Assembly: GCF_006345805.1 (NCBI RefSeq) | Contig: NW_021834549.1 | Location: 1-47,326 of the forward strand | From: Octopus sinensis | Lineage: Eukaryota | Reading direction: 5' to 3' | Length of the DNA stretch: 47,326 bases | In this document: piece by piece, positions 11,880 through 24,380 of the stretch | Layout of the letters: every line of letters starts with the position of its first letter | Numbering within the stretch: the stretch's first letter is position 1 | The notes under the pieces: generated by a model | The model's database searches: none | What the model was told of the DNA's origin: nothing | The model's input: the letters and a program-made list of their open reading frames with translations, nothing else | Translations under genes and position numbers: made by a program

Positions 11880-12150
11880 CTTTATTCCTTTCGGTGGACT
11901 TATTTCGTGTTCTCGACTTCTTTTACATACCTTCGCCATATCCTTGATGAAGCGCTCTCTGCTTCCCTCTGCAGTTCTTGAATCCCTGTTTTCTTATCCT
12001 TCCGAAATAGAATATCGACCGGGTAGGACATCATAGATATAACTACAGACCTGTGATATCGCGGCTCTACTAGGAGCCCTGTATACTGCCCATATTTCTC
12101 TTTCATACAGCTCCCTAATCCCTTCATATTTTAGGCTTTTCCTTGCAAGT
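11880..12150 (-). pseudogene. Relic of the C-terminus of an RLE-type non-LTR retrotransposon (HERO-like)
   Basis: Frameshifted K.KYE.. followed by EAESASSRIWRR, resembling the EAE.AS.W.W C-terminus I recall for HERO-clade elements. Confidence 0.4.
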
Positions 12151-12360
12151 TTCTTTTATCGGGTTTACTTGTCCCAGTCATTGAACTGCGACCACAGAGG
12201 GCCCCACTTTGAAGGATTTAATGCAACAAATCGACCCCAGTAGTTTTTTTTTAAGTCTGGTACTTATTCAGTTGTTCTGTTTTGCTGAACCGCTATATTG
12301 CAGGGATGTAAACAAAACAACACCAGTTGGGTGACAAACAGAAACAGAGACTCACACAGA

Positions 12361-12406
<46 letters not shown>

Positions 12407-12434
12407 CAGTAAAACAATTAAGATTTTTTCTTGG

Positions 12435-12473
<39 letters not shown>

Positions 12474-12800
12474 ATAAATTCTTTAATAATTCTAAATATA
12501 ATTATAATATAAAAGATTATAATATAAATGATTCCTATTATTTTTATAATAATAAACCTAACATTAAGAATTATGATAAGTTTTATTTAGGTAATTTTGG
12601 TATTAATATAATACAAGACAAAGTCTTTTTACTACTTTTTACTATTTACTGTTTTTGTACTTTATTGATTTCTAGAATAAGGTTTTTTATAGTACATGCT
12701 TTCTATATGGTGTGAATAACATCTTTCATTATTGAATTAATAGAGGTTTTTCTCTAAATTGTATACATACATACCTACATATATATATATATACACGCGC

Positions 12801-12862
<62 letters not shown>

Positions 12863-12960
12863 CACTTAGGCATTGCGATAGTAATGACCTGATGTTAGGA
12901 GCATATATATATTCTTCAGAACGAGGCGTTAATCGAGTACAGAGCAGTAATAAGAAAATA

Positions 12961-13174
12961 GGATGACAAAGGAATAAACAATTATGTTATGAAGTTCATT
13001 AGCTTACACCTGTTTCTGCTATAAAATGCAATACACTCGTAGCTGAAGTTCTCGAGTATCACCTTATAACTTCATCGGAGTTTCAAACATGAAGTACAAT
13101 TTTATTTGAAACAGCTGTAAAGTAATGGAACTCATAACATAATAATTTATTCCTTTCTCGTCCCATTTTTTATA
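12961..13174. repeat. Small fold-back (~55-bp arms) with two outward-facing degenerate hammerheads
   Basis: attatgttatgaagttcattagcttacacctgtttc pairs with gaaacagctgtaaagtaatggaactcataacataat. Plus GAAAC-AGCT-GTA at 13108-13119; minus GAAAC-AGGT-GTA at 13016-13005. Confidence 0.7.
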
Positions 13175-13819
13175 TGACCAATGTGCCACGCAATGGGACT
13201 GAACCCGAAACCATGTGGTTGGGAAGCAAACTTCTCACTACACAGCCACGCCTACATGTCTTCCGAAAAACACCATCACCTCAAGAATCTGTATATTCTC
13301 GTCAAATCATACCACATCATAGATTTGGGACGTTGCTTCGTTATTACGATGTGGCTTGGGAACAAGAGTATTTTCTCCAAATCCACATGGAGCTTCCAGA
13401 CAAGATTGCTATTCAGAAGTATGGATCATAGATTCCTTTTGCTTGTGCTGCACCATTGCCTCTTCTCGCCTGTCCAGTAGAAAAGAGGATGCAACTTGTT
13501 TCTGATTCATATGGCACTGATGTCACTGTGTTGCAGTATGTATTAATGCAGGCCAACAGCAAGGATACTTAATATTTGTATTAGCCACCAGATACCGTAG
13601 TTATCATAACAGCAACTTTTATATTGGCTTTCGGAACAAAATATCATATTTTGATATAAACACTTGTTTATATCAAAAGCCAATATCAGAGTTTCTCTCA
13701 TGATAACTGCCGCAGTATAGTTTGTTCTACATCCTTGTATTTGTAGGAATATCTCTCAGTATTAATATTGCCTCTGTCGCTAATAAATATCTACCCAATT
13801 AAAATGGTTTGTGTGCGGC

Positions 13820-13925
13820 CAAAATGCTTTCGATCGATGCATAACCTTGGGTGTTTTGCCAAGTACACCAATAACCACAGGAACAATTGTCACCTTTGCG
13901 TTGCGCAGTTTTTTCAGCACTCTAA
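13820..13925 (-). pseudogene. RLE-domain tail of a non-LTR retrotransposon (R4/NeSL-like)
   Basis: KKLRNAKVTIVPVVIGVLGKTPK matches the conserved V.P.VIG.LG..P motif at the end of restriction-like endonucleases. Confidence 0.65.
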
Positions 13926-13934
13926 CTGGGTCGA

Positions 13935-14123
13935 GGCGGTGAGCGGACAGAATACTTAGCTCGTCAGCCAAAATTACGTTCTGAGTTCAAATTCCACCGA
14001 GGTCGACTTTGCATTTCATCCTTTCGAGGTCGATAAAATAAGCACATGTTGAACATTTGGGGCGATGTTATTGATAAACCTCTTCCCCTAAAACTTCTTG
14101 CCTTGACTGCCAAAATTTGAAAC
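13935..14123 (+). mobile_element. SINE family C
   Basis: ggcggtgagcggacagaat...gttctgagttcaaattccaccgaggtcgactttgcatttcatcctttcg. Confidence 0.85.
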
Positions 14124-14125
14124 AA

Positions 14126-14147
14126 TTATTATTATTATTATGAATTA

Positions 14148-14207
<60 letters not shown>

Positions 14208-14230
14208 CGTTGTTGTTACTATAAACTTTC

Positions 14231-14290
<60 letters not shown>

Positions 14291-14291
14291 G

Positions 14292-14350
<59 letters not shown>
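14126..14350 (+). repeat. (TAT)n microsatellite directly upstream of a candidate exon
   Basis: Direct reading. Confidence 0.97.
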
Positions 14351-14352
<2 letters not shown>

Positions 14353-14354
14353 AG

Positions 14355-14417
14355 ATTCACCAAAGGAGAACTACGAAAGGCGGGCGTCTTTACACAACAC
14401 ATTCATACCTTCGCGAG
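14355..14417 (+). CDS. Putative micro-exon 3 (63 nt, phase 1->1): SPKENYERRASLHNTFIPSR
   Basis: Acceptor ttattacag, strong donor GAG|gtaagc, locally GC-richer, open in all frames. The phase-1 frame contains the PKA consensus RRASL. Confidence 0.5.
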
Positions 14418-15132
14418 GTAAGCGATCCACATAAAGAGACCCGAGCAACCAATCAAAATACTTGAGCTTGAGTGACAATAAACGACACTGAACCATTACA
14501 TTCCTCCCAACTACCACTACCACTACCACTCACATCACTATTACCACCACTGATTAACCAATTAACCAAACAAACTAATCAACCGTGATTGCTGCCATCT
14601 TGCAAATTGTCCAGTGGTTACGACCAGATACAATGAGATTCGAAGAGATTCGACAACATATAGTCTGCTTTAAAAACGCTTCGCGTATTAACTGTTTGAC
14701 GTAATAATCTCATGTTACACAAAAACTTGTGCGTGTAATTTACAGAATGTTTTTGTCGTTTTTTTTTAATTATAATTTTCCAGTGTTTTCCATAATGGAT
14801 CCTGCGATTACTTTAGGTTGTATGACAATAAATAAAAAAAACTGTTTTCTTTTGGAATAAATCATTCGTTAAGGAATCATGAACTAACACAGTGTTGTCA
14901 TTTTAGTGGTTTTAATGTTAATTCTATTTTCCCGTATATATTTCAGGCAATTGTATTTTGTCTATACGTATGTGGTGTGTTTGCGTGTCTGTGCATGAGT
15001 TTGTATGTGTCTATTTTCCGTCTCCCCTACTACTACATATCACTCGGTATATGCTCTTATGTCTACGCATCTTCAGACGTTCGTCTTTTTGTCTGATGCC
15101 TCTACATTTATTACTTTTTTGTAAGAATCCCT

Positions 15133-15559
15133 GGATCTTTTCGGTTTGAACGGCAGTTTTTAACATAAATTCTAGGTAACTAAAAAATTTTAAACTTCGT
15201 TTCATATACTGGTAGAATGTGTTTATAAAACATCTTTTTCTCTTGGATTTATTGAGAAAATTCTATTGTTTGTAAGATATTTGTTGTTGTTTTTCTTCAA
15301 TTTCTGCAATTTCAACCAATCAATGACGTCCATTGAGGTAAAAAAACATTCTGTGCCGTATGAATATGTCCCTCGTTTAAGAAACAGATTGGGTTTATTT
15401 ACATATGTGAAGAAAAAAAGATGCCCTTCCCCCACCCCAACCCTAACCCTAACCCTAAAACAGATTGAAATGCAATAGGTTGACACTAGGGTCATAATTA
15501 TGGGTGACAATTTCATATGACACCGCTAGAAAAAACTGCCGTTCAAACCGAAAAGATCC
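15133..15559. mobile_element. Non-autonomous DNA transposon, Merlin-like (427 bp)
   Basis: 28-bp TIR GGATCTTTTCGGTTTGAACGGCAGTTTT and perfect 8-bp TSD gaatccct (15125-32, 15560-67). A GG terminus with 8-bp TSD fits Merlin/IS1016. Confidence 0.85.
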
Positions 15560-16043
15560 GAATCCCTAAGCATCTTGTCGATTGAAACGTCACTTTAGCC
15601 AAAATAACGACTGACACTATCTCAGTTGTAAATATCCAGCTCTTACAATGATCGTTTGCCACAAACAGATTGTTTTATTAACTCTCCGGTTTTGTTTTAC
15701 TTCTTCCTTCCAGCCAGTTCCTCCTTACATCATTTATAAACTATTCCGATCACTATGGACGTGGAAATGTCTAAAATCATGCTTATACTTCATGACTGCA
15801 ACATATAAGCAGGGCCTATAAAAGAGTTGATTATCTGATAAAAAAAATACACACACAGTTTCCCTTGTATTTTGAGAGAAGCATCCTCTTCTTGGGACCC
15901 GAAAGTTCCGCCTTGCAAAATTCCTGTTGGTAGATACACGTTCATAAATGCAGGAACGAAATTTGCTTAGAGATGCAAACCCAGGTCTAAACTTTTTTAC
16001 AAACAAGGTCAATATTTTCAATCATAATATCAAAACGAAAATT

Positions 16044-16104
<61 letters not shown>

Positions 16105-16164
16105 ATTATTATTATTATTATTGTTGTTATTATTATTGTTGTTGTTGTTTTGTCTTAGTATAAA

Positions 16165-16640
16165 AGATGGGCTACAGCAAATATTCTGCTCAATACCACA
16201 GATTTGCTTGTCAGTTGTTTGACCTTAACCAGTTGAGCATGTCCCTTAATGGCTGACGATATGTGCATCTCTGATCACAAGCAGAAGCAGTGGGGGAGCA
16301 TCATAGCCGTGTGTTGAAAGGAATTTTTAGATGTTTGGATAATTCACCTTTGGAAACATGGGTGTTTTGTTCAACATTCTTAAACAATCCTTATTCATGT
16401 ACCTTTCGAGCGGGATGGGTTACTCGACCTGAAGAAAATTCTAACTGGGCCCCACCTGCAAGGTCATGTGCTGTTTATCTTGATATGAGATCACCATGTC
16501 ACGCACATATGATTGTGATGCATGTGCCAGGTGTACCTTTATCAGTCGGGTAGTCATGATGAGTATACTGGGCTTCGTATATTTTTACCCCAGTGTCACT
16601 TTGATGGCATGCACTGCTCTCTCACTCAATAATAATAATG
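16165..16640 (+). mobile_element. 5'-truncated retroelement 3' end (probable LINE 3' region) with (AAT)n tail
   Basis: Non-coding segment ending cactgctctctcactcaataataataat, between microsatellites; recognised as a common repeat from memory only. Confidence 0.55.
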
Positions 16641-17279
16641 ATAATCGTTATTATTATTATCATCATTATCATCATCATCCTCATCATTATTATTATATTT
16701 GTATATCACTCAAATCAGATAAACCCAATAATGGTAATGCTTTATATCAGTCTAAAACAGTTTCCAAGTTCGTTCGTCTTCGCGATGACGTATTTCAGGA
16801 GGATGTTCAAAGCGTTTTCAATGTCCCTCAAAAACTTTAGTGGGTGCGCTTGCACCCCCTACTTTCCCTGTTCTTGAGCCAATGGTCTAATTTCTCTGTT
16901 TGCCCGCCTACTTCCTATTCTAACCAAAATATTTACCTTCGCTAATCCGGCTGTTGATGGAACGTGAAACATTCCATGATAATACTATAACTATCGATTT
17001 TCCCGCAGTCAACCATAAGAAACGTCCAAGCTTTACGACCACGTAGTGCAACGAAAAAAACATTCTTTAGCAAACCATGTGTTGGTAGCAATAGTTAAAT
17101 CCAAGTATAGATCCTATCCAGTCAGTTTACTGCCAATTAGTCGGTTATCTTTTGATTCCACTTTCATATTTAAAATCAGCGCCCACTTCAAATAATAAAA
17201 AAAACCCAGAAAAATACGAAGTTGTTCACAATTTTTATTCTTTCACAATCTAGGAAGGCATCAACTATTATTCCGTTAA

Positions 17280-17471
17280 CTCTTTAGCATTTAAACTGAT
17301 CACATCTGCTCCAAACTGGTCAAATCCAAACTGGCATACCTACCTGACTATGTCATTCTCAAAATAAGCAATCACGTCATCAAAATCCCGAAGCTACGAG
17401 ATAATGCATAATGAATTCAAATGAACGTGAATAAATAAGCATTACATTTGGCTGAACAATTTGCTAAAGGG
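17280..17471. mobile_element. piggyBac-type MITE (192 bp)
   Basis: TTAA (17276-79) ctctttagca ... tgctaaaggg TTAA (17472-75). Confidence 0.85.
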
Positions 17472-17684
17472 TTAAAGCATCTGCATGGTGCTTCGACTTG
17501 CTAGAAATAACAACCAAATCTCCGTCGAATCTGGCTTTATCTATTTGTATAAGGAGAGGTCACCGCAAGTGGTGTAATCATAGATACCCCTGAAAAACCT
17601 GGATGGTCACGGCTGGAAATCCTTTGTTTATTGATCTGCTTAGAGTTGATAGGGGGACTAAACAACAGCAAAGAGCGGTATATA

Positions 17685-17820
<136 letters not shown>

Positions 17821-17840
17821 TATACTTACAATGTACGAGT

Positions 17841-17993
17841 GGCTGTGTGGTAAGTAGCTTGCTTACAAACCACATGGTTCCAGGTTCAGTACCACTGCGT
17901 GGCACCTTGGGCAAGTGTCTTCCACTATAGTCTCGGGCCGACCAAAGGCTTGTGAGTGGATTTGGTAGACGGAAAGTGAAAGAAGTCGGTCGT

Positions 17994-18086
<93 letters not shown>

Positions 18087-18745
18087 CATACATATATTAT
18101 AGGATAAAATTTTTCGAAAAACATTTTATCAATGGCCAGCATATTAAAAAATACCTTTAAAGGTTAAATTTATAAACAACTTATAAACACGGGCAAAAGA
18201 AACAAATTCTAATGTCAATAACCACATATTTTAACACTATAAACTCGCGTCTCGAAGTAAACCGACAGAAATTTCTAAAAAAAAATTCCGTTATTACCGT
18301 ATCGGTCCCAATTTCAGAGTTAATTCGTAAGAATTTTCTCCTCGTCAGTCATAAATACGTAAGGCATAAATGAAATACTTACCTATACCCATGGAAGAAG
18401 CAAGCATCAAGTCATGAGCAGACCTAAGTACCCCAAATATATCCGTATTGTCTTTGTAAGTTCGTATGAGTCAGCACACATTGTTGGTACATAGGTACGC
18501 TATGACTGACTCTACCTTGCTGCTTTAACTATTTAAATGAGTGATTGTTTCGGATCCTGAAAATCTTATTATATATATATATATATATATAACTGTATAA
18601 TAATATATCATAATAATATATATTCTCCGATGTATGTATATATTTATGCATATTTGTGTGTCTGTGTTTGTCCCTCCACCATCACTTGACACCAATGTTG
18701 GTGTGCTTACGTCCTCGTAACTTAGCGGTTGCGCAAAGGGAACCG
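17841..18745 (+). mobile_element. SINE family B split by a ~490-bp insertion in its internal microsatellite
   Basis: Head 17841-~18000, foreign sequence ~18085-18575 flanked by TA repeats, tail ~18655-18745. Confidence 0.8.
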
Positions 18746-18909
18746 TGTGTGTGTGTGTGTGTGTGTGCGTCTATAAGAAAAACTTATATTTACTAACACA
18801 AAAGTATGCTATTAAAATAAATTATTTTTTGTATATCTTTTTAAAACACACTGTCGCCCAAATGAAACACTGACAAACACACGTACACGCACACACACAC
18901 ACACACACG

Positions 18910-18949
<40 letters not shown>

Positions 18950-19624
18950 CATACACACAGAGACACACACACACAGCCTGAGCGATATTCTTTTATGGAG
19001 AGTAAGAAAGTTTACCATCAGAAAATGAATAAGACAGACAAATAAAGATTGAGAAATCTTTTCTGTTGATCTCACAGATTTTGAAATTCAAATTCCAGTG
19101 ATAATATTCAAATTTGAAATAATGATGTACTTTTTCACGCTAAATCCGAATTTGTGATTTATTTATTCCAGAAACAGTTTTAGAAAAATGTAACAGTCGT
19201 TTAAAAATTTGATCATTTTTACCAAATCAGAAAACAGGATTTGGACGCTAAGCATTTTGTGCGTGATAAGCTATGTATCATAAGATGAAAATAAGCATTG
19301 GATGCCAAGGTTTTAAACAAAATGAAAGTTATGCGTGGGAGTTAATACATATATAGAGAATGAGTGTCAAAGAGTAAGGTAAATATATACAGAGATAGAT
19401 TGGTGTTGATAGATAGAGAGTGGGAGATTTGTCTGTCTAAAAGTTGAGTTATTTCTCGTAAAGAATTATATTATTATTTATGTATGATATTGTCTTTAGG
19501 ACGCAGATTTCGGAAGTCAAATGATGCACCGTTTCAGAGCCTATGGGGCTAAACACTCATACATAACTACCATATACGCTCGCATTTATGTAGTAGATAC
19601 ACACGCACGCACGCACACACGCGC

Positions 19625-19719
19625 GCGCACATATATAAACATATATATATATATAATATATATATATTATATTATATATATATATTATATAATATTATAT
19701 ATATATAATATATATATAT

Positions 19720-19757
<38 letters not shown>

Positions 19758-19780
19758 TTATATATATATATATATATATA

Positions 19781-19835
<55 letters not shown>

Positions 19836-19839
19836 GTAA

Positions 19840-19881
<42 letters not shown>

Positions 19882-20070
19882 ATAATAATATATATATAAT
19901 ATATTATATATATATATATATTATATACATATATATACTATATATATATATATATATATACATATATATACTATATATATATTATATATATTATATACAT
20001 ATATATATATATATATATTATATACATATATATACTATATATATATATTAATATATATATATATATTATA

Positions 20071-20119
<49 letters not shown>

Positions 20120-20174
20120 ATATATTATATATATATAATATATATATATTATATATATATATATTATATATATA

Positions 20175-20240
<66 letters not shown>

Positions 20241-20251
20241 ATATATATTAT

Positions 20252-20285
<34 letters not shown>

Positions 20286-20310
20286 ATATATATTATATAT
20301 ATATATTTAT
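19625..20310. repeat. ~680-bp degenerate (TA)n array
   Basis: Direct reading; frequent single-base interruptions. Confidence 0.95.
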
Positions 20311-21029
20311 TTTATTGAAGGAGCTTCTACAGGACTAGAACTGTTTCATTCAAAAGAAATCATCAGGAAGCCTATATATACATACGACGGGCTTCCACAA
20401 AATTTCTGTCTACTAAATTTATTCGCAAGGTACTGGTCGGCCAGGATCCATGGTAGAAGACTCAAAATCCCACACAGTGAGACTGAACCCAAAACTACAT
20501 AACTGCAAAGCGAACTCCTTAACAATGCAGCCCGGCCGGCGTTGCTGCCGTTATCTTCTACCTTCAGTAAATATGTTGGTATCTATACAATCCACATTTG
20601 CCATCGCTTCCTGTATGTCACTGTCTTTTGCTATTTCCGCCTACATTCAAATTCTGCTGTTCTCCCATACTTCGCATAATAGTTTCTCGAGGAACGATGT
20701 CTTAGAATACCTATTTCTAACAGGAATCGCCACACTCATACACATTCTCCACCATGGATAACATTCCTTGTGCTAAAGTACAATAACGATGGAGCCTCTA
20801 TGTGGCTGTTTGGTCTGGTAGAAATAACAGTCACATTTCCTACAAATCATACGCTACGATATTTAGAAAGGAATTCGTATTAGATAATGTAGGTTGAGTA
20901 TACTTCCCTAGAAAAAATGGAGAAGGCAAGATGGTCATAGCTAGAAAGCCTTTAATTACATCTCAATTAAGATTTATTTGGCGGCTAAACAACATGTAAT
21001 AATACCTTTATGTTTTTGCACAAATTATT

Positions 21030-21545
21030 TTATTTAACCGTATTTGCAATCATTGGACTGCGGCTATGCTGGAGCATAGCCTCGAAGGGTTTAGTCGAAC
21101 AATCTGACGCCATTAGTAAATTTTAAGTCTATCAGCTTGTTTTGCAGAACTGTCAAGTTACGAGGGACGTAAGAAAACATACCGGATGTGAAGCGGTGGT
21201 GGGGACAGACACAAAGACACAAACACGTAATTACGTAAATATATATGTATATACGTATATAGATACACAAATATATATGTATATACGTATATAGATACAC
21301 AAATATATATGTATATACGTATATACATACACAAATATATATGTATATACGTATATACATACACAAATATATATGTATATACGTATATGCATACATAGTT
21401 TTCGACAGTTTCCATCTACCAAATCCGCTCACAAAGCATCAATCGGCCCAAGTCTGTAATAGAAAACATTTGTCCAAAGTGACGCGCAGGGGATGGAACC
21501 CGAAACCACGTGGTTGCCGAGGGAACTTCCTTACCACTCAGCCAG
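21030..21545 (-). mobile_element. SINE family B with a 32-bp minisatellite in the linker
   Basis: Tail ~21030-21220, about 5 copies of aaatatatatgtatatacgtatatagatacac (~21238-21390), head ~21400-21545. Confidence 0.8.
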
Positions 21546-23732
21546 CCTATTTAGAAACGAAAAAGAAAACGGGATATCATAGATGGAAAGATTTTAATCG
21601 TGTCTTCTCATTTAAGACTGATTCAGTGGTTAAGCAACAACAACCTGCTGACATCTTTATTTTGGGGTACAAAGTATTTGATGAAAACCTTATTTACTAA
21701 TGTACAATTAGATGGGAAAATGCGAGCAAGAGAAATAATATTCTTAAGATTATAAATCTGGAAAAGTTTAGGACAAGTTATTACACCTGGTAAGGTACAG
21801 AACAAGAAAATTTTTACTTAAAATATTGCAGCTAAGAATAAAATTTCAAATAAAATATTTAGATTTTGAAAATATTAGCTTTTATTAAAACTAAACATTT
21901 TATTACAAATTATTACTTCTATTTGAAATTACTTCTTACTTCTATTAAAAACTAAAAATAACTTAATTAAAATATTTTTTGCACTTCAAAAAAAATTTTT
22001 TTTAATTATTAATTAATAATTAGAAATTTGAAAATTGGTTACAAAAAATAATAGTAGTACATAATTAGTTAGTACAATAGAATAATACAAAAATTAGCTA
22101 TAAATTACAGTAAAATCTACCTTTAACAACAAATTCACACTAAAATTTGCTTGAGTTATTGCCAAGTCTTCACATTATTAGTCTTGACCCAATGCCTATT
22201 TTTTTACATAAAGAATTTGCCTACCATATATACTATTCTGCTTTGCATAAAACTTTAGCTACATTGGCACTTCTGGCTCTCATTTTTAAATATTCTAGTG
22301 TCAATATTTTAACAAAATGATAGCACCTTTTTTAATTATAATGTTACTTCGTAGATTAAAATCAAATAATTTTTAATATTCAAATTTTATCCTTAGCAAT
22401 ATTTTAAGTAAAAATGTTCTTGTTCTGCACCTTGCCAAATGTAATTACTTGTTCTGCACCTTGCCAAGTGTAATAACTTGTCCTGTAATTTTCTCTTGGT
22501 CGTATTTTTCCATGTAAACCATGTTTTTCCAGGCTATGCTATTATGCTAATTTATAATGCGTCAAGTATGTCAATTAGCGGCATCTTTGATAATTTTTTC
22601 CTTACCTCAATGATGTTGGTGACATATACTAAAAGTCCCCTTGTAGAGCTACATTCATAAAAACGTATAGAACTATAGTATCACCTTCAAATTTGAGAAA
22701 TAAACTCATAACTTTTATCTTTTAAAATTTCATTGCATGAGATTGATACCATGAAATTCCTTGAATTGAGCTCTATCATTTAAGCTTAATTAAAATATAG
22801 TTTGTTTTTAAAATAAAACAGTTAATTATACTTAAGTTCAATTTTTTGCCTTACTTATATTTTTTCTCATGATATTTTACCTCAACTTTTTTTGATACAA
22901 ACTTTTGTTGCATAGGACCAAAACTATGAAATTCTTCATGCTTTCTTCCATCATTGAAGCTAAGATAAATACTGGACTAAATCTCAAATCGTTAATGACA
23001 AAATGTAGCTAGGGACCAGCCCTCTTCAAAACTGTTAACAGTTTTCCATTTGGTTAAGGACTGAATTAGCGACAAGCTCTGAAGAGTGCTGCGTGTGAGT
23101 AAATTGCCGCCTAAAGAATATTTTTCAACTACTACCGTAGTTGAATGATACGAGGAATTCATACAATACATCAAAAATAACGAAATGGCACTACATGCGA
23201 GAATAATTAAATATATTTCCGATTTTTTTCGTTGAAAAAGACGGTGTACCCACTATATTCGAGGTCGTATTGTATTCGAGGATATATGCTGTCGTGTTTT
23301 TTTAAACGTACACAGAATTTTAAAAACTTTATTTATCAGTTTGTATTATTGCCCAAGATTATTTATTTTGAATACTGATGTTTATATTGACTCTTAAGCT
23401 TTTGCTCGGCGTAACAAGGATAATGTCTTATCGATAATCCGATTCTTACTTTTGTTATGGCTGCGTTAAAGCCATATTCCTTGTCGTCTGTTGATATGTA
23501 ATAAATGAAGTAATAAAGAAAACTGTATGTTGTTGCTCGACTTGCTGAAAATAGCAATAAGCTCCTCAAGTCACACATGGCCACGTTTAAGAAAAGAATA
23601 ATACACATTCAGCAATGTAGTCTGAGATATATAAAAGGACGAGAAAGTCCACTCAATAGTGGCTGACCTCGGGTTAAAAAATAACATATAAAGATGGACA
23701 CTTTTTCATTCATGATAATATATTCATGTATA

Positions 23733-23928
23733 GGCGGCGAGCTGGTAGGATCGTTAGTACACCGGACAAATTGCTCAGTGTCATTACGTTCGGAGTTCAA
23801 ATTCCACCGGGGTCGACTTTGCCTTTCATCCTTTTGAGATCGATTAAAAAGTACCAGTTCAACGCTGGGGTCAATGTAATCGACCCACTCCTCCCCGAAA
23901 CTGCTGACTTTGCACCAAAATTTGAAAT
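23733..23928 (+). mobile_element. SINE family C
   Basis: ggcggcgagctggtaggatcgttag...gttcaaattccacc..gtcgactttgcctttcatcc. Confidence 0.9.
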
Positions 23929-23939
23929 CAATATTATAT

Positions 23940-24091
23940 GGCTGTGTGGTAAGTAGCTTGCTTTCCAACCACATGGTTCCGGGTTCAGTCCCACTGCGTT
24001 GCACCTTGGGCAAGTGTCTTCTATTATAGCCTCGGGCCGACCAAAGCCTTGTGAGTGGGTTTGGTAGACGGAAACTGAAAGAAGCTCGTCG

Positions 24092-24179
<88 letters not shown>

Positions 24180-24380
24180 TTGTGTGTCTGTGGTTGTCCT
24201 CCCAACATTGCTTGACAACCGATGCTGGTGTGTTTACGTCCCCGTAACTTAGCGGTTCGGCAAAAGAGACCGATAGAATAAGAACTAGGCTTCCAAAGAA
24301 TAAGTCCTGGGGTCGATTTGCTCGACTACAGTCGGTGCTCCAGCATGGCCGCAGTCAAATGACTGAATCAAGTAAAAGAG
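23940..24380 (+). mobile_element. Full-length SINE family B
   Basis: tRNA-like head (ggctgtgtggtaag; ccgggttcagtcccactg), internal (TA)n(TG)n, tail ending aagtaaaagag; closely similar to the 32886 copy. Confidence 0.92.

Noticed and set aside
13330-13620. GTDVTVL peptide resembling the DTDV motif of some transposon-derived nucleases
   Set aside because: Single short motif with no supporting upstream motif in frame.
14625-14670. gaagagattcgacaacatatagtc resembling a minimal hammerhead
   Set aside because: At least three core changes are needed; within chance expectation.
15714-15830. Strong acceptor ttcttccttccag
   Set aside because: No strong donor before stops in the compatible frame.
18383-18556. 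Minus-strand 174-nt segment with good acceptor and AG|GTAAGT donor
   Set aside because: It has stop codons in all three frames and lies inside a repeat insert; not a host coding exon.
19625-20310. Apparent periodic code in the long TA array
   Set aside because: Interruptions look like slippage or long-read indel noise; no stable unit.
21238-21390. Regular 32-bp repeats as a CRISPR-like array
   Set aside because: No unique spacers, eukaryotic context, derived from a SINE linker microsatellite.
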